This document shows, piece after piece, positions 19,830 to 29,039 of a stretch of DNA of 35,349 nucleotides. Under the pieces are notes generated by a model. That model saw only the letters and a list, made by a program, of their open reading frames with translations, had not been told where the DNA came from and did no database searches. Source of the DNA: an uncultured archaeon. GTDB taxonomy: Archaea > Asgardarchaeota > Thorarchaeia > Thorarchaeales > Thorarchaeaceae. The stretch spans positions 1 through 35,349 of the forward strand of contig CAYWJO010000036.1 in NCBI GenBank assembly GCA_964458565.1, written 5' to 3'. The stretch's first letter is position 1, and every line of letters starts with the position of its first letter. Made by a program: the position numbers and the translations under genes.

Positions 19830-22667
19830 TTGACTACTTTCGACTTCGCCGAGGGAGTGACTGTGCTTAGAGAGTACAATAAGCTCATACTAGTGGTAAT
19901 TGCAATGTCTATGTTACTTGCGGTTACATTTCTGTATGACTCAACATCTTCAAATCTTGAATATGAGAATGCGTTTGAGGAAAGTGCTACACTCCCCTCT
20001 GTAGAGTGGTATACAACTTTTGGGTACGAAAACCAAGATTCACTTAATGCTGTTGTAGAAACGAATGATCAGAATTATGTGGCAGCAGGGTGGACATCAA
20101 CAGACACCGGTAACAAAGACATTATGTTAGTCAAAGCAGACTTCGAGGGCAATGAGCTTTGGAGAAGAAGTTATGGTGGTTCCCAGAATGAGGCGGTTTG
20201 GTCGATAAAAGAAACCCGTGATAACGGTTTCATAATGTCTGGGTGGAATGGTAGTACCACCTATGATCTTCTAATAATTCGAACAGACTCCGAAGGCGAA
20301 ATATTGTGGAGTACAACTTGGGGCGGAGATTGGAATGAGGGGGGTAGTGAAGTCATTGAAACTATTGACGGTTCTTTTGTTGTAGCTGGATGGACATGGA
20401 GTTATTCAAGTGGAGATAGCGATTATCTTGTTGCAAAATTTGATTCTAATGGTAATTATGTGTGGCACAGGAACTTTGGTGGATATCTAGCCGAGGAAGC
20501 TTCAGGAATAGTAGAAACATACGATGGCAACTATGTGATAGTCGGTTATTCGATGACATATGGAATGGCAGACGAACGTGATATTTGGATGATTAAAATC
20601 AATCCACTAGGAGGCATGTATTGGTCCAAGACTTTTGGGGGGATAGACGGGGAATACAGCCATCAAATTATAGAAACCAGGGATAGAGGTCTTCTCATTG
20701 CAGGAACAACCGAATCATTTGGTGCGGGTTCATGGGATGCTTGGTTAATTAAAACCGATAGAAATGGAAATGAACAATGGAGCCAGACCTATGGCGGCAT
20801 ATATTCGGATACTGCGATGGGTGTTGTTGAAACATATGATGGAGGATATACAATTGTAGGAACAACTGAGTCTGATGGCTCAGGGGGCATAGATGCATGG
20901 TTTGTCAAGACCACATTAGATGGTTTAATGGAATGGCCTCTTACATATGGTGGATCTAATGATGATACTGGTTACAGTATATTTCAGACGTCTGATGATG
21001 GATTTATTGCCGCGGGATATACCAGTTCATTTGGTGCAGGAGATATTGATGGGTGGCTTATCAAACTTCCATTTAATCCCGTCAAAGTGCTAGATACTCC
21101 AGAAGGAATCAATATTGGGCTGAATGAGCCAGAACTAAGAGTTAGATTTCTTTTTGATAATGTCACAAATGAAGATAAGACGTTTCTTGCCAGAAAACCA
21201 GTGGGACCTCTAATACCCTCAGGTGAAATTAGAGTCAGCTCGTACTATGACATTACAACAGATGCTGAATTTGAAGATAGCGTGAGAATTTGGATTACGT
21301 ATCGATACGACGAGGTGACAAATCCGGATGCATTGAAGGTCATCAAGTATGATTTCAGAGACAAATTATGGAAAGATGTTACCAAACAAATCCAACAGGA
21401 AGAGAACTACGTCATAGCAGAAATCTCATCATTCTCAATCTTCACCATAGTACAACCCAGTGATGTAAATCCACCAACAACTCTGGCAAGTCTTGAAGGG
21501 ATTCTAGGAAATAGTGATTGGTATATCTCAGAAGTAAATGTGTCACTTAGTGCAACAGATGATGTATCAATCTCTAATACATTCTACAGCGACGATGGTA
21601 TGAATTGGCTTGATTATTCTGGGAAGTTCACAATAAGTGATGAAGGAACGCATTCAATCTACTATTATTCTATGGATTCATTGGGGAACACTGAAAGCAC
21701 TAAATCGATCACACTAAAGATTGATCTGAGTCCACCTGTAACAGAACTAAGAATTGATGGTTCTGTTGAAAACGAATCCATTACATATGTGATGGCATCC
21801 TCGGTATTCCACCTAAATGCATCAGATGAGATATCAGGATTAGCACAGACCTTCTATAGAATAAATGGAAGTGAGTGGATAGATCTTGGAGATATAGGAT
21901 ATTACAACTTCACCTTGGTGAGTAGTGGAATTCAGATAATAGATTACTATAGTATTGACCAAGCTGGGAACATGGAAGATATTCAGTCTTTGAGAGTAAC
22001 CGTAACAAATCCTAGCATTAATGCATTTATCTCTCGAGTAGTACCATCACCACCCTTCACACCAAACGCCATTGACGAATTTAATGTGTACTTTGTTAAA
22101 GTAGGAGATAGAGGGTATAAGCTTGTCACATGGTGGAAATGGTTCTGGTATAATATTGAGTTAAAGAATAACCTACCAATACAACTTAGTGAAACAATAT
22201 TCACTCCAGATATCCCAACAGATTTCGAGATTCGTGCTGTGGTTGTTTGGATCGAGGGTAAATGTTTCGAGCTACCCACATACATTTTCGTAAAGCAACC
22301 ATCTATAGAATGGTTCTATAATTGGACAAGCTCTATTCTAGTATCATACGATGGTCAAAATATCACAGTGAATAATCTTGATCCCGGAAAGAGCGTGTTC
22401 GTAACCATATTGATGGAGTATATTCCACATGGAAATTACTATGATTCAGTTGAAGACTTCTCCTTAGACCCGTATCATTTCAGTGTGAAAGTTAGTACCG
22501 TTGCAATCATCTCGGACTCTCAGGAAATATTAAGTGGAGAGTACGTTGTATCAACAGAACTTGCCCCAATTATCGCAGGAGTATATGAATGGAGATTTTG
22601 TAAGCATACATGGAAACTTGGTTCAAAGTCTGAAAACACGGATGATGTATCAGGACGTTACTTCTGA
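19830..22667 (+). CDS. Secreted/cell-surface protein: 7-repeat beta-propeller plus Ig-like domains
   Basis: N-terminal hydrophobic helix; seven ~50-aa repeats (WxxT(F/Y)GG...ETxDGxxxxxG); two PPxT...YYSxDxxGNxE Ig-like units. Probable start is GTG 19857 or 19863 after GAGGGA. Confidence 0.85.
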   Translation: MTTFDFAEGVTVLREYNKLILVVIAMSMLLAVTFLYDSTSSNLEYENAFEESATLPSVEWYTTFGYENQDSLNAVVETNDQNYVAAGWTSTDTGNKDIMLVKADFEGNELWRRSYGGSQNEAVWSIKETRDNGFIMSGWNGSTTYDLLIIRTDSEGEILWSTTWGGDWNEGGSEVIETIDGSFVVAGWTWSYSSGDSDYLVAKFDSNGNYVWHRNFGGYLAEEASGIVETYDGNYVIVGYSMTYGMADERDIWMIKINPLGGMYWSKTFGGIDGEYSHQIIETRDRGLLIAGTTESFGAGSWDAWLIKTDRNGNEQWSQTYGGIYSDTAMGVVETYDGGYTIVGTTESDGSGGIDAWFVKTTLDGLMEWPLTYGGSNDDTGYSIFQTSDDGFIAAGYTSSFGAGDIDGWLIKLPFNPVKVLDTPEGINIGLNEPELRVRFLFDNVTNEDKTFLARKPVGPLIPSGEIRVSSYYDITTDAEFEDSVRIWITYRYDEVTNPDALKVIKYDFRDKLWKDVTKQIQQEENYVIAEISSFSIFTIVQPSDVNPPTTLASLEGILGNSDWYISEVNVSLSATDDVSISNTFYSDDGMNWLDYSGKFTISDEGTHSIYYYSMDSLGNTESTKSITLKIDLSPPVTELRIDGSVENESITYVMASSVFHLNASDEISGLAQTFYRINGSEWIDLGDIGYYNFTLVSSGIQIIDYYSIDQAGNMEDIQSLRVTVTNPSINAFISRVVPSPPFTPNAIDEFNVYFVKVGDRGYKLVTWWKWFWYNIELKNNLPIQLSETIFTPDIPTDFEIRAVVVWIEGKCFELPTYIFVKQPSIEWFYNWTSSILVSYDGQNITVNNLDPGKSVFVTILMEYIPHGNYYDSVEDFSLDPYHFSVKVSTVAIISDSQEILSGEYVVSTELAPIIAGVYEWRFCKHTWKLGSKSENTDDVSGRYF

Positions 22668-22674
22668 ATCCATG

Positions 22675-25206
22675 TTATGAGTTCATATTCCGCATCATTC
22701 GAATATTGATGAGTCCCACTACAATTGCAAGCCCAGCAAGTATTCCAACGAGAATGAGACCCGTTGTTAGTGCGCCTTCAACTCCACGTATATAACCGAA
22801 CAGATTGGTTGTTGGTTGTGTTGTTTCACTTGTTGTGGGAGTTGTGGGACTTGTAGTTGTAGTTTCCAAAGATGTTATTGAACTGGAAGAGGGTTCAGTT
22901 GTTGTTGGTGTTGTTGGCATTGTAGTTGTTTCATCAGGCCAATCGATTACAACAACTTGAACATAGTCAACTATCGAATTACTATTGATATCCATCACCA
23001 ATATCGTACAATTATGTACTCCAGGGGATAATTCATCAACTGTGTATGAGATACTAGAACCATCCCATTCACCACTTTCAACTTCAATTCCGTCAACGAT
23101 AATATTGTAGCTAGTTGGAAAGAGATCATCAGGATTCCAGATAATAACATGTCCTTTGCTGCCATCGATAAACCACATGTCATCGGGATGATTTATTGTA
23201 GGTGCAATCAAATCAGCTATGTAGGCGATGACTTCATCCTCTGCTTCGTTTCCAGATGTATCATTGATGAAAAGATGGAAAGAGTAGACGCCTAGGTCAA
23301 GTCCATCAAGCCGGACTTGAAGATTAGTACCATTCCAGAAACCAAACTCAATTTCTGTTCCATTTCGGGAAATTATGAAATAATCTGGAAGTAGATCGGA
23401 ACAGCTCCATTGCAGCCAAGCATTAGTCGTTGTGTATTCTTTGATGAAATCATTTGGATGGTTAAGAGAAGGAATTGTTGTATCGACTACAGTGATAGTG
23501 AATTCAGTCGATAGTAAATTATCGAATCCATCGGTAACATTTATTCTTACTGGATAGACTTCTAAAGGTAAGACGCTACTTGATTCAAAATTTCCATCAC
23601 CTGTATGTTCAAAATTAACTGTGTCATTAATCCAATATGTAAGTCCGGATGCATCAATTGCTTCTAAGTCATATGAGAAGATCGTACCATACTCGTGTAT
23701 CTGATTTTCAGGACCTATTACCCACCTAGGTGCTATAGTATCATAGACCATGATATAAAACAGTTCAGTGATAACTCTACCAACTGTATCGTTTACGGAT
23801 AAATAGAAACCTGCTTCACCCATCGGTAAGATACCCGAATTTCTTACAACACCATTTCCATCCACTTCTAGAATTGAGCCATTGACCCACCAAGTTGAGA
23901 GGAACATGTCCATACTTGTGTTAGAATCAAAAAGGTATCCTATATCCCGCTCAAGATTGGTATCTTCGCACACTTGTGTGAAATAGAATGATGGCATAGA
24001 AAGAAGCCAACCATTTTGTACTGAATCATCTTGTTGGTCAATGGTTGATGCAACTAAAATAGATGCATCATTTGAGATGTATAATCCACCCAATGTACTG
24101 TTAACACCGGTCACTGTTGTGTTCCATCGGACTTTTCCAATGCTATTCACTCTAAGAACAAGAGCCTGCTGAGATTCTAGTGTAGTAAAAGAAGTAGAAC
24201 CAGCAATGACAAATCCACCCAGTGGATGTTCTGAAATGCGAGATCCGTGATCATCATACCCAAGATTGTAAGTAACAGTTCGAATCGCCCCACCTGAACT
24301 GGTTATCTGAACAAGCACGGTATCGACCAAATCCGATCCAGTTATGGCATAGTTGCCAGAGGTAGTTTCGATCACATCTTGCGCTAGTCCAGGTCCATAA
24401 TAGTGACTCCAATCTTCTTCACCCGAGTCGTCAAGTTTTACGGCCCATATCGTAGGACTGGCTATGACGTTATCACTCCCAACCATCAGATAACCACCAG
24501 AGGAACATGCTATTGTTTTTAATGCTGTTGCCATTGTACTAGTATAAGTAACATTACGTATTTGCTTTCCAGCACTGTCCGTCCAAATCAGTAAATCAAG
24601 ATAGGTGTCAACAAAAGGGGAATAACTACAAGTAAGCAGAAAACCACCATCTGATGTTTCCAAAATAGAAATACCAGAATCTTCGTGTATATATCCAAAT
24701 GTCTTATTCCATGTTTGCATACCAAAGCTGTTTGTTTTGATTAGAAGAATATCTGCATTCCCGGTAGTAGTTGTTCCTATAATCGCATATCCACCATCTG
24801 AGCATTCTATGACATCTCTACCGTATTGCACGCCCCCACCACCAAATGTCCTATGCCAGTTCCAATTACCATACTGATCAGTTTTAGTAAGCCAGACATC
24901 ACGATAACGTCCAAAACTGGATGTCATACCAACCATGATGTAGCCGCTGTCTGAGCAATTTGAGATGGCATAGATATAATCCTCTCCTGTACCACCAAAA
25001 GAGTGGTTCCATAACTGCTCACTAACATCAAGTGAGAGGCTTTTAGATGGATTCTCTATCTGTATTCCATTGTCATGATTTGATTCTTTCAAATCTGAAC
25101 CTTGTCCCATGAATGAATATGTTCTACTATGATTTAAGACTCCTAGTGATAGAATTACTATCAAAATTAACGTAAAATTGCGGCGCACCAATATTCTCCT
25201 CCACAA
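22675..25206 (-). CDS. Cell-surface protein: beta-propeller, tandem Ig-like domains, Thr-rich stalk, C-terminal TM
   Basis: Signal-like N-terminus; repeats WNHSFGG, WHRTFGG, WNKTFG; DTIAP/DTTIP/DLIAP domain linkers; poly-Thr/Ser/Pro; TM anchor. Probable start at 25191 or 25188 after GGAGG. Confidence 0.87.
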   Translation of the reverse strand: MWRRILVRRNFTLILIVILSLGVLNHSRTYSFMGQGSDLKESNHDNGIQIENPSKSLSLDVSEQLWNHSFGGTGEDYIYAISNCSDSGYIMVGMTSSFGRYRDVWLTKTDQYGNWNWHRTFGGGGVQYGRDVIECSDGGYAIIGTTTTGNADILLIKTNSFGMQTWNKTFGYIHEDSGISILETSDGGFLLTCSYSPFVDTYLDLLIWTDSAGKQIRNVTYTSTMATALKTIACSSGGYLMVGSDNVIASPTIWAVKLDDSGEEDWSHYYGPGLAQDVIETTSGNYAITGSDLVDTVLVQITSSGGAIRTVTYNLGYDDHGSRISEHPLGGFVIAGSTSFTTLESQQALVLRVNSIGKVRWNTTVTGVNSTLGGLYISNDASILVASTIDQQDDSVQNGWLLSMPSFYFTQVCEDTNLERDIGYLFDSNTSMDMFLSTWWVNGSILEVDGNGVVRNSGILPMGEAGFYLSVNDTVGRVITELFYIMVYDTIAPRWVIGPENQIHEYGTIFSYDLEAIDASGLTYWINDTVNFEHTGDGNFESSSVLPLEVYPVRINVTDGFDNLLSTEFTITVVDTTIPSLNHPNDFIKEYTTTNAWLQWSCSDLLPDYFIISRNGTEIEFGFWNGTNLQVRLDGLDLGVYSFHLFINDTSGNEAEDEVIAYIADLIAPTINHPDDMWFIDGSKGHVIIWNPDDLFPTSYNIIVDGIEVESGEWDGSSISYTVDELSPGVHNCTILVMDINSNSIVDYVQVVVIDWPDETTTMPTTPTTTEPSSSSITSLETTTTSPTTPTTSETTQPTTNLFGYIRGVEGALTTGLILVGILAGLAIVVGLINIRMMRNMNS

Positions 25207-25468
25207 CTGAACAGTGTCAGTTCGAACTGCATTATATTGAAATAATCTGCATAAATATTAATCGTTAAAATAAGAATAAGGATTATTAACAATTGGTAAC
25301 TTATTTTGGCTTGAACGAGGTTATGAGCCCTGATTGAATCGTTCTGGAGTGTTTTAAAACTTCAAAATCATTCCAGAACTCTATCATGGTTATTAATTAT
25401 AGTTAATTTTTAACTCTGCTTCATGTTCGTTATATATACTTAGGAGAATGTGCTAAGTGGTGATATAA

Positions 25469-25741
25469 TTGATGAAATCTGACGCACGCGCAATAATTTC
25501 TTCAGACACAAGTTCTGTGAAGAGTACCGTCCCACCAGTGATCGAAAACAAATTACTGATGGCCTTTGGTAACTCAGTAGTTGTCGAAGAGCGAGAACTC
25601 TTTGACATGTTCCATGTGATCTCTGGAGATATCCAACTCACTCCAATTGAGTTTGTTTGGTATCTCGAGAATATGGAAGAACGCGGTCTGGTTAATTCCA
25701 GTCTATTTGAAGGAATACGCTCTTGGAGAAGAGTTTGCTGA
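25469..25741 (+). CDS. Small hypothetical protein, possibly winged-helix
   Basis: C-terminal YLENMEERGLV plus a beta-hairpin resembles a wHTH end. Confidence 0.6.
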   Translation: MMKSDARAIISSDTSSVKSTVPPVIENKLLMAFGNSVVVEERELFDMFHVISGDIQLTPIEFVWYLENMEERGLVNSSLFEGIRSWRRVC

Positions 25742-25917
25742 TACTTACCGAAATATGTCTGTTCTTGGGAATTCCCTGCCACTCAAGAACAGAGACCTTT
25801 TCTTTCTTACTTGAATGAAATGAATGCAATCTTGTCATAGTATTAGTATTGATAAGTCTCGAAGCAAGCACATTTCACTCCAAAGCTTTAACTGCAACGA
25901 AACGTTATGCGAGAGCG

Positions 25918-26325
25918 ATGATACTTATGGGACTAAAGGGTGACTGGGACATATCATATTGCGGCTTGAATTGTGCTCAGTGCCCAATCTACAAAGCGTC
26001 TCATGGGGATGACGAGCTGCAAAAGAGTTTAGTTACATGGATGAGAGAAAACAATGACTCATCGATAGACTATGTAGGCTGTGAGGGTTGTCGATATTCA
26101 CCAGATGAATGTTGGTCTACCAGTTGCACTTTAAGAGAGTGCGCTATTGAGAGGGAGTACAAGTACTGTTTCGATTGCTCAGATTTTGTGTGTGAGAAAC
26201 TAAAGGCTTTTGCTAATGAGGGGATTGAGCATCATAAGACCACAGTTGAAAATATGAAAAGGATAAGAAAAATTGGGCTAGATGCATGGCTATCTTCACA
26301 CGATGAGGCCAAATTTTGCCCTTGA
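25918..26325 (+). CDS. DUF3795 Cys-rich protein
   Basis: YCGLNCAQCP, CEGC, ECWSTSCTLREC, YCFDCSDFVC, ENMKRIRKIGLDAWL. The ORF track starts at 25849; ATG 25918 or 25927 is more likely. Confidence 0.85.
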   Translation: MILMGLKGDWDISYCGLNCAQCPIYKASHGDDELQKSLVTWMRENNDSSIDYVGCEGCRYSPDECWSTSCTLRECAIEREYKYCFDCSDFVCEKLKAFANEGIEHHKTTVENMKRIRKIGLDAWLSSHDEAKFCP

Positions 26326-26382
26326 AAAAGAACGCAATGCCTTGCGCCCATCATTGGAGATTATACTCTTTGGTCACAATAT

Positions 26383-27513
26383 TTGGATGTATTTTCAATA
26401 TTGGTGATCAATTTGGGACGAAGAGGAGTTACATTTCTTTTTCTAGTTCTTCTCATTGGAACAGGGATATTGTCCCTGAATAATGTGAATGCTAATCCAA
26501 CTAGAGAAATTTCTATACCAGCGGAACATGAGGACCTCTCAGGAGTGCATATTGCAATCTATGAAGGGTATTATAGCTTTACTGATCCAAGATGTAATGA
26601 GAGCAAATGGGCGCTCCATCACATGTTCAACTGGATGAATGCCACCGTTATGATTATTGATGCAGAAGACATTCGAAATGGAGCATTATGGGGATTTGAG
26701 ATATTAGCTATTCCAGAGGGTCTTGGGCCTACTCTCGAGAGTAGACTAGGTGATGAGGCAATGCAAGACATAAGAGATTGGGTTGCTGCTGGAGGTTCGT
26801 ATATAGGAGTAAGAGGGAGTACAAGCATTGCTGTCACTCGAGGTTGGTTTGAGGGACGCTGGGAATATTTTGATCTGTGTTTAGTGAATGGAACAACCTA
26901 TGAGGTCGAAGACCTTCCGGATTACTGTATAACTAACGTGACTATAGACCAAGATTGCCTAGGTCCTGAATACATCTTGTCAAATGACAGATTGGAGGTG
27001 TTTTTCAGAACCGGTAGATATTTCGAAGCAAATCCAGGCCAAGAAATAATTTGCATTGCGAACTACTCACATAGTGGATTGCCTGCTATGATTGGTTCGC
27101 ACTATGGTAATGGTACAGTCTTTCTTTCAAGTCCTCATTTTGAGTATGAAGAGAATGGAAACCGAGATGGAACTGACTACATGGATTACTATGATGATGA
27201 TGATTCGGAGTGGCCATTCATATTGGAGATATGCAGCTGGTTGATTGATGCCTCTCCAACTGTGAGAAATATGACTTGGACACCGCCGGTTACAACAACA
27301 CTACCACCAAGTACATCCACAACAACGAGTTCTACAAGCGAGACTTCCACTACAACATCCACTAACATTGCGACTACCACATCTTCAGCAACGATGACAT
27401 CAACATCAGAACCGACAGCACCACAGGAGTTTCCAGTACTGATTCTTGGTGTTAGCACACTTGTTCTGGGGATTATAGTTTTAGCTGTTGTCCGCCTAAA
27501 GCGAAAGGGATAG
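26383..27513 (+). CDS. Membrane-anchored BPL_N (class I glutamine amidotransferase-like) domain surface protein
   Basis: IAIY, LAIPEG, IRDWVAAGGSYIG, YGNGTVFLSSPHFE; signal helix, Thr-rich stalk, C-terminal TM and RLKRKG. Confidence 0.8.
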   Translation: MDVFSILVINLGRRGVTFLFLVLLIGTGILSLNNVNANPTREISIPAEHEDLSGVHIAIYEGYYSFTDPRCNESKWALHHMFNWMNATVMIIDAEDIRNGALWGFEILAIPEGLGPTLESRLGDEAMQDIRDWVAAGGSYIGVRGSTSIAVTRGWFEGRWEYFDLCLVNGTTYEVEDLPDYCITNVTIDQDCLGPEYILSNDRLEVFFRTGRYFEANPGQEIICIANYSHSGLPAMIGSHYGNGTVFLSSPHFEYEENGNRDGTDYMDYYDDDDSEWPFILEICSWLIDASPTVRNMTWTPPVTTTLPPSTSTTTSSTSETSTTTSTNIATTTSSATMTSTSEPTAPQEFPVLILGVSTLVLGIIVLAVVRLKRKG

Positions 27514-27551
27514 TTCCAATTGAATAAAGGAGATGATGTTTGGCCGTCCAA

Positions 27552-28013
27552 CTACAATTCCATACTGAGTTTCAATGCAGTCAGGAATGCATCATGACCT
27601 TCAGATAAGATAGGCTGAGTGGATTTAAGGTCAATCCAAGATAGGTCAAAAATAATTCGTTCAGGAGTTTGAGGGAGTATGATACTCGGGTCTTTTTCCT
27701 CCTGAATCCATGTAGTAGGAGTTTCTTCAATACATTCGATATGAAAGAAATGACGTTTGTGAAATTCGTCCAACCCATATTTTCTTTGATCATTAAGTAT
27801 TGATCCCAAGAAATTCACAATCTTCAGTTTTCGTAATCCAGTTTCCTCTTCGGACTCCCGGAGTACTGCTTGGTCTAGTGTTTCAGATTCTTTCGGAGAG
27901 CCTGCAGGGACCTGTTTTCCAAATGACTCGAAACCACGTTCTACAAACACTAACAGATTTGTTCCTTTCGTGATATAAGCGAAAACCTTGTTTTTTACAG
28001 AAAATCTATTCAT
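27552..28013 (-). CDS. NUDIX hydrolase
   Basis: QVPAGSPKESETLDQAVLRESEEETGL Nudix box; KVFAYIT and RHFFH. Confidence 0.9.
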   Translation of the reverse strand: MNRFSVKNKVFAYITKGTNLLVFVERGFESFGKQVPAGSPKESETLDQAVLRESEEETGLRKLKIVNFLGSILNDQRKYGLDEFHKRHFFHIECIEETPTTWIQEEKDPSIILPQTPERIIFDLSWIDLKSTQPILSEGHDAFLTALKLSMEL

Positions 28014-28094
28014 TCAAGGAACACCACTAAACGAGTTGATAATATCATGAAGCCTGAGATAATTAGGGTGTATTGAAGTTTTTTTTCTTCTTCG

Positions 28095-28613
28095 TTAGAT
28101 TTTGTATTTATCAACGATCTGCTGGGCGATTTTAGTGAAAGTGTCAGCTACACCTTCATTAAGTTTGACTGAAGCTTCAATATACTCAGCTCTCATGTCT
28201 TTTGCACGCTTCATACCTTCTGCAGAGGATACTACTCTTTCGCTTTCCAGATCTGTTTTATTAGCAACAATTAGGCAGGTGTAGTCTTTCAAATGATCCG
28301 TTACTTCCTTCTTCCAAGCTTCAAGCTCCTCGAGCGTTTCTCGTCGAGTCACATCGAACATGTATACTACGCCTCTTGCGCCACGATAGAACTTGGACCT
28401 GACTTTACCAAGGAAATCTTGACCTCCAAGATCCCAAATTTGAAGCCGTACATTATCAGAGCCAATATCAACCTGCTTGGTTGCAAAATCAGCCCCTAAT
28501 GTTGGTGCATAATATTCTCTAAAGGTTCCACTAGTATATCGCAGAATCAGGGATGTCTTTCCTACTGCAGATGCGCCTACTGTAACTACTTTGAAGAGAT
28601 ATGACGGGGACAT
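28095..28613 (-). CDS. Rab-like small GTPase (Ras superfamily)
   Basis: G1 GASAVGKTS, G2 YAPTLGADF, G3 WDLGGQ, G4 NKTD, G5 EASVK; FYRGA and FDVT Rab-type motifs; no C-terminal Cys. Confidence 0.95.
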   Translation of the reverse strand: MSPSYLFKVVTVGASAVGKTSLILRYTSGTFREYYAPTLGADFATKQVDIGSDNVRLQIWDLGGQDFLGKVRSKFYRGARGVVYMFDVTRRETLEELEAWKKEVTDHLKDYTCLIVANKTDLESERVVSSAEGMKRAKDMRAEYIEASVKLNEGVADTFTKIAQQIVDKYKI

Positions 28614-28677
28614 TACACCTAACCTTATCCAATTGGATACATTCGACTAGTTCAATCTTTCGAACCAGTTGACTATA

Positions 28678-29028
28678 TTATCCCCCCAAAAGATCTCTTT
28701 GCAAATCTGAGAAGAATTCAGGTAAAGCACTGAGAAAGTCAGCAATATTGACTTTTTTCTTGGTAATGTCTTCCGGAAGTGAAACATCCAACAAACGTGA
28801 TAGCACCAGTACTGTGAATCGAGATGCGTTACTCAAACGTGAATATCTACTAATGAAATCCATTAACGCCTCTGGTGGGTCTTGGTACATCTCCTCTTCG
28901 GGAAGTGTATCCAGCAAGCTCACACCAGATTTAGTGCAGAGTTCTACAATTTCCTCACGCCCGTATATCGTCTGACCTCTTCTACAAATCATGGATGCTA
29001 ACTCTCGTATTTGTTTAGTTGCACTCAT
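28678..29028 (-). CDS. Small helical hypothetical protein in the GTPase operon
   Basis: 11 nt downstream of the longin-protein stop, GGAG SD, natural composition. Confidence 0.75.
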   Translation of the reverse strand: MSATKQIRELASMICRRGQTIYGREEIVELCTKSGVSLLDTLPEEEMYQDPPEALMDFISRYSRLSNASRFTVLVLSRLLDVSLPEDITKKKVNIADFLSALPEFFSDLQRDLLGG

Positions 29029-29039
29029 CTTTTATCTCC

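Noticed and set aside
22800-22935. Short GTT-rich repeats (also ACA-rich near 27290-27420) as CRISPR or microsatellite
   Set aside because: They are the codons of Thr-rich protein stalks.
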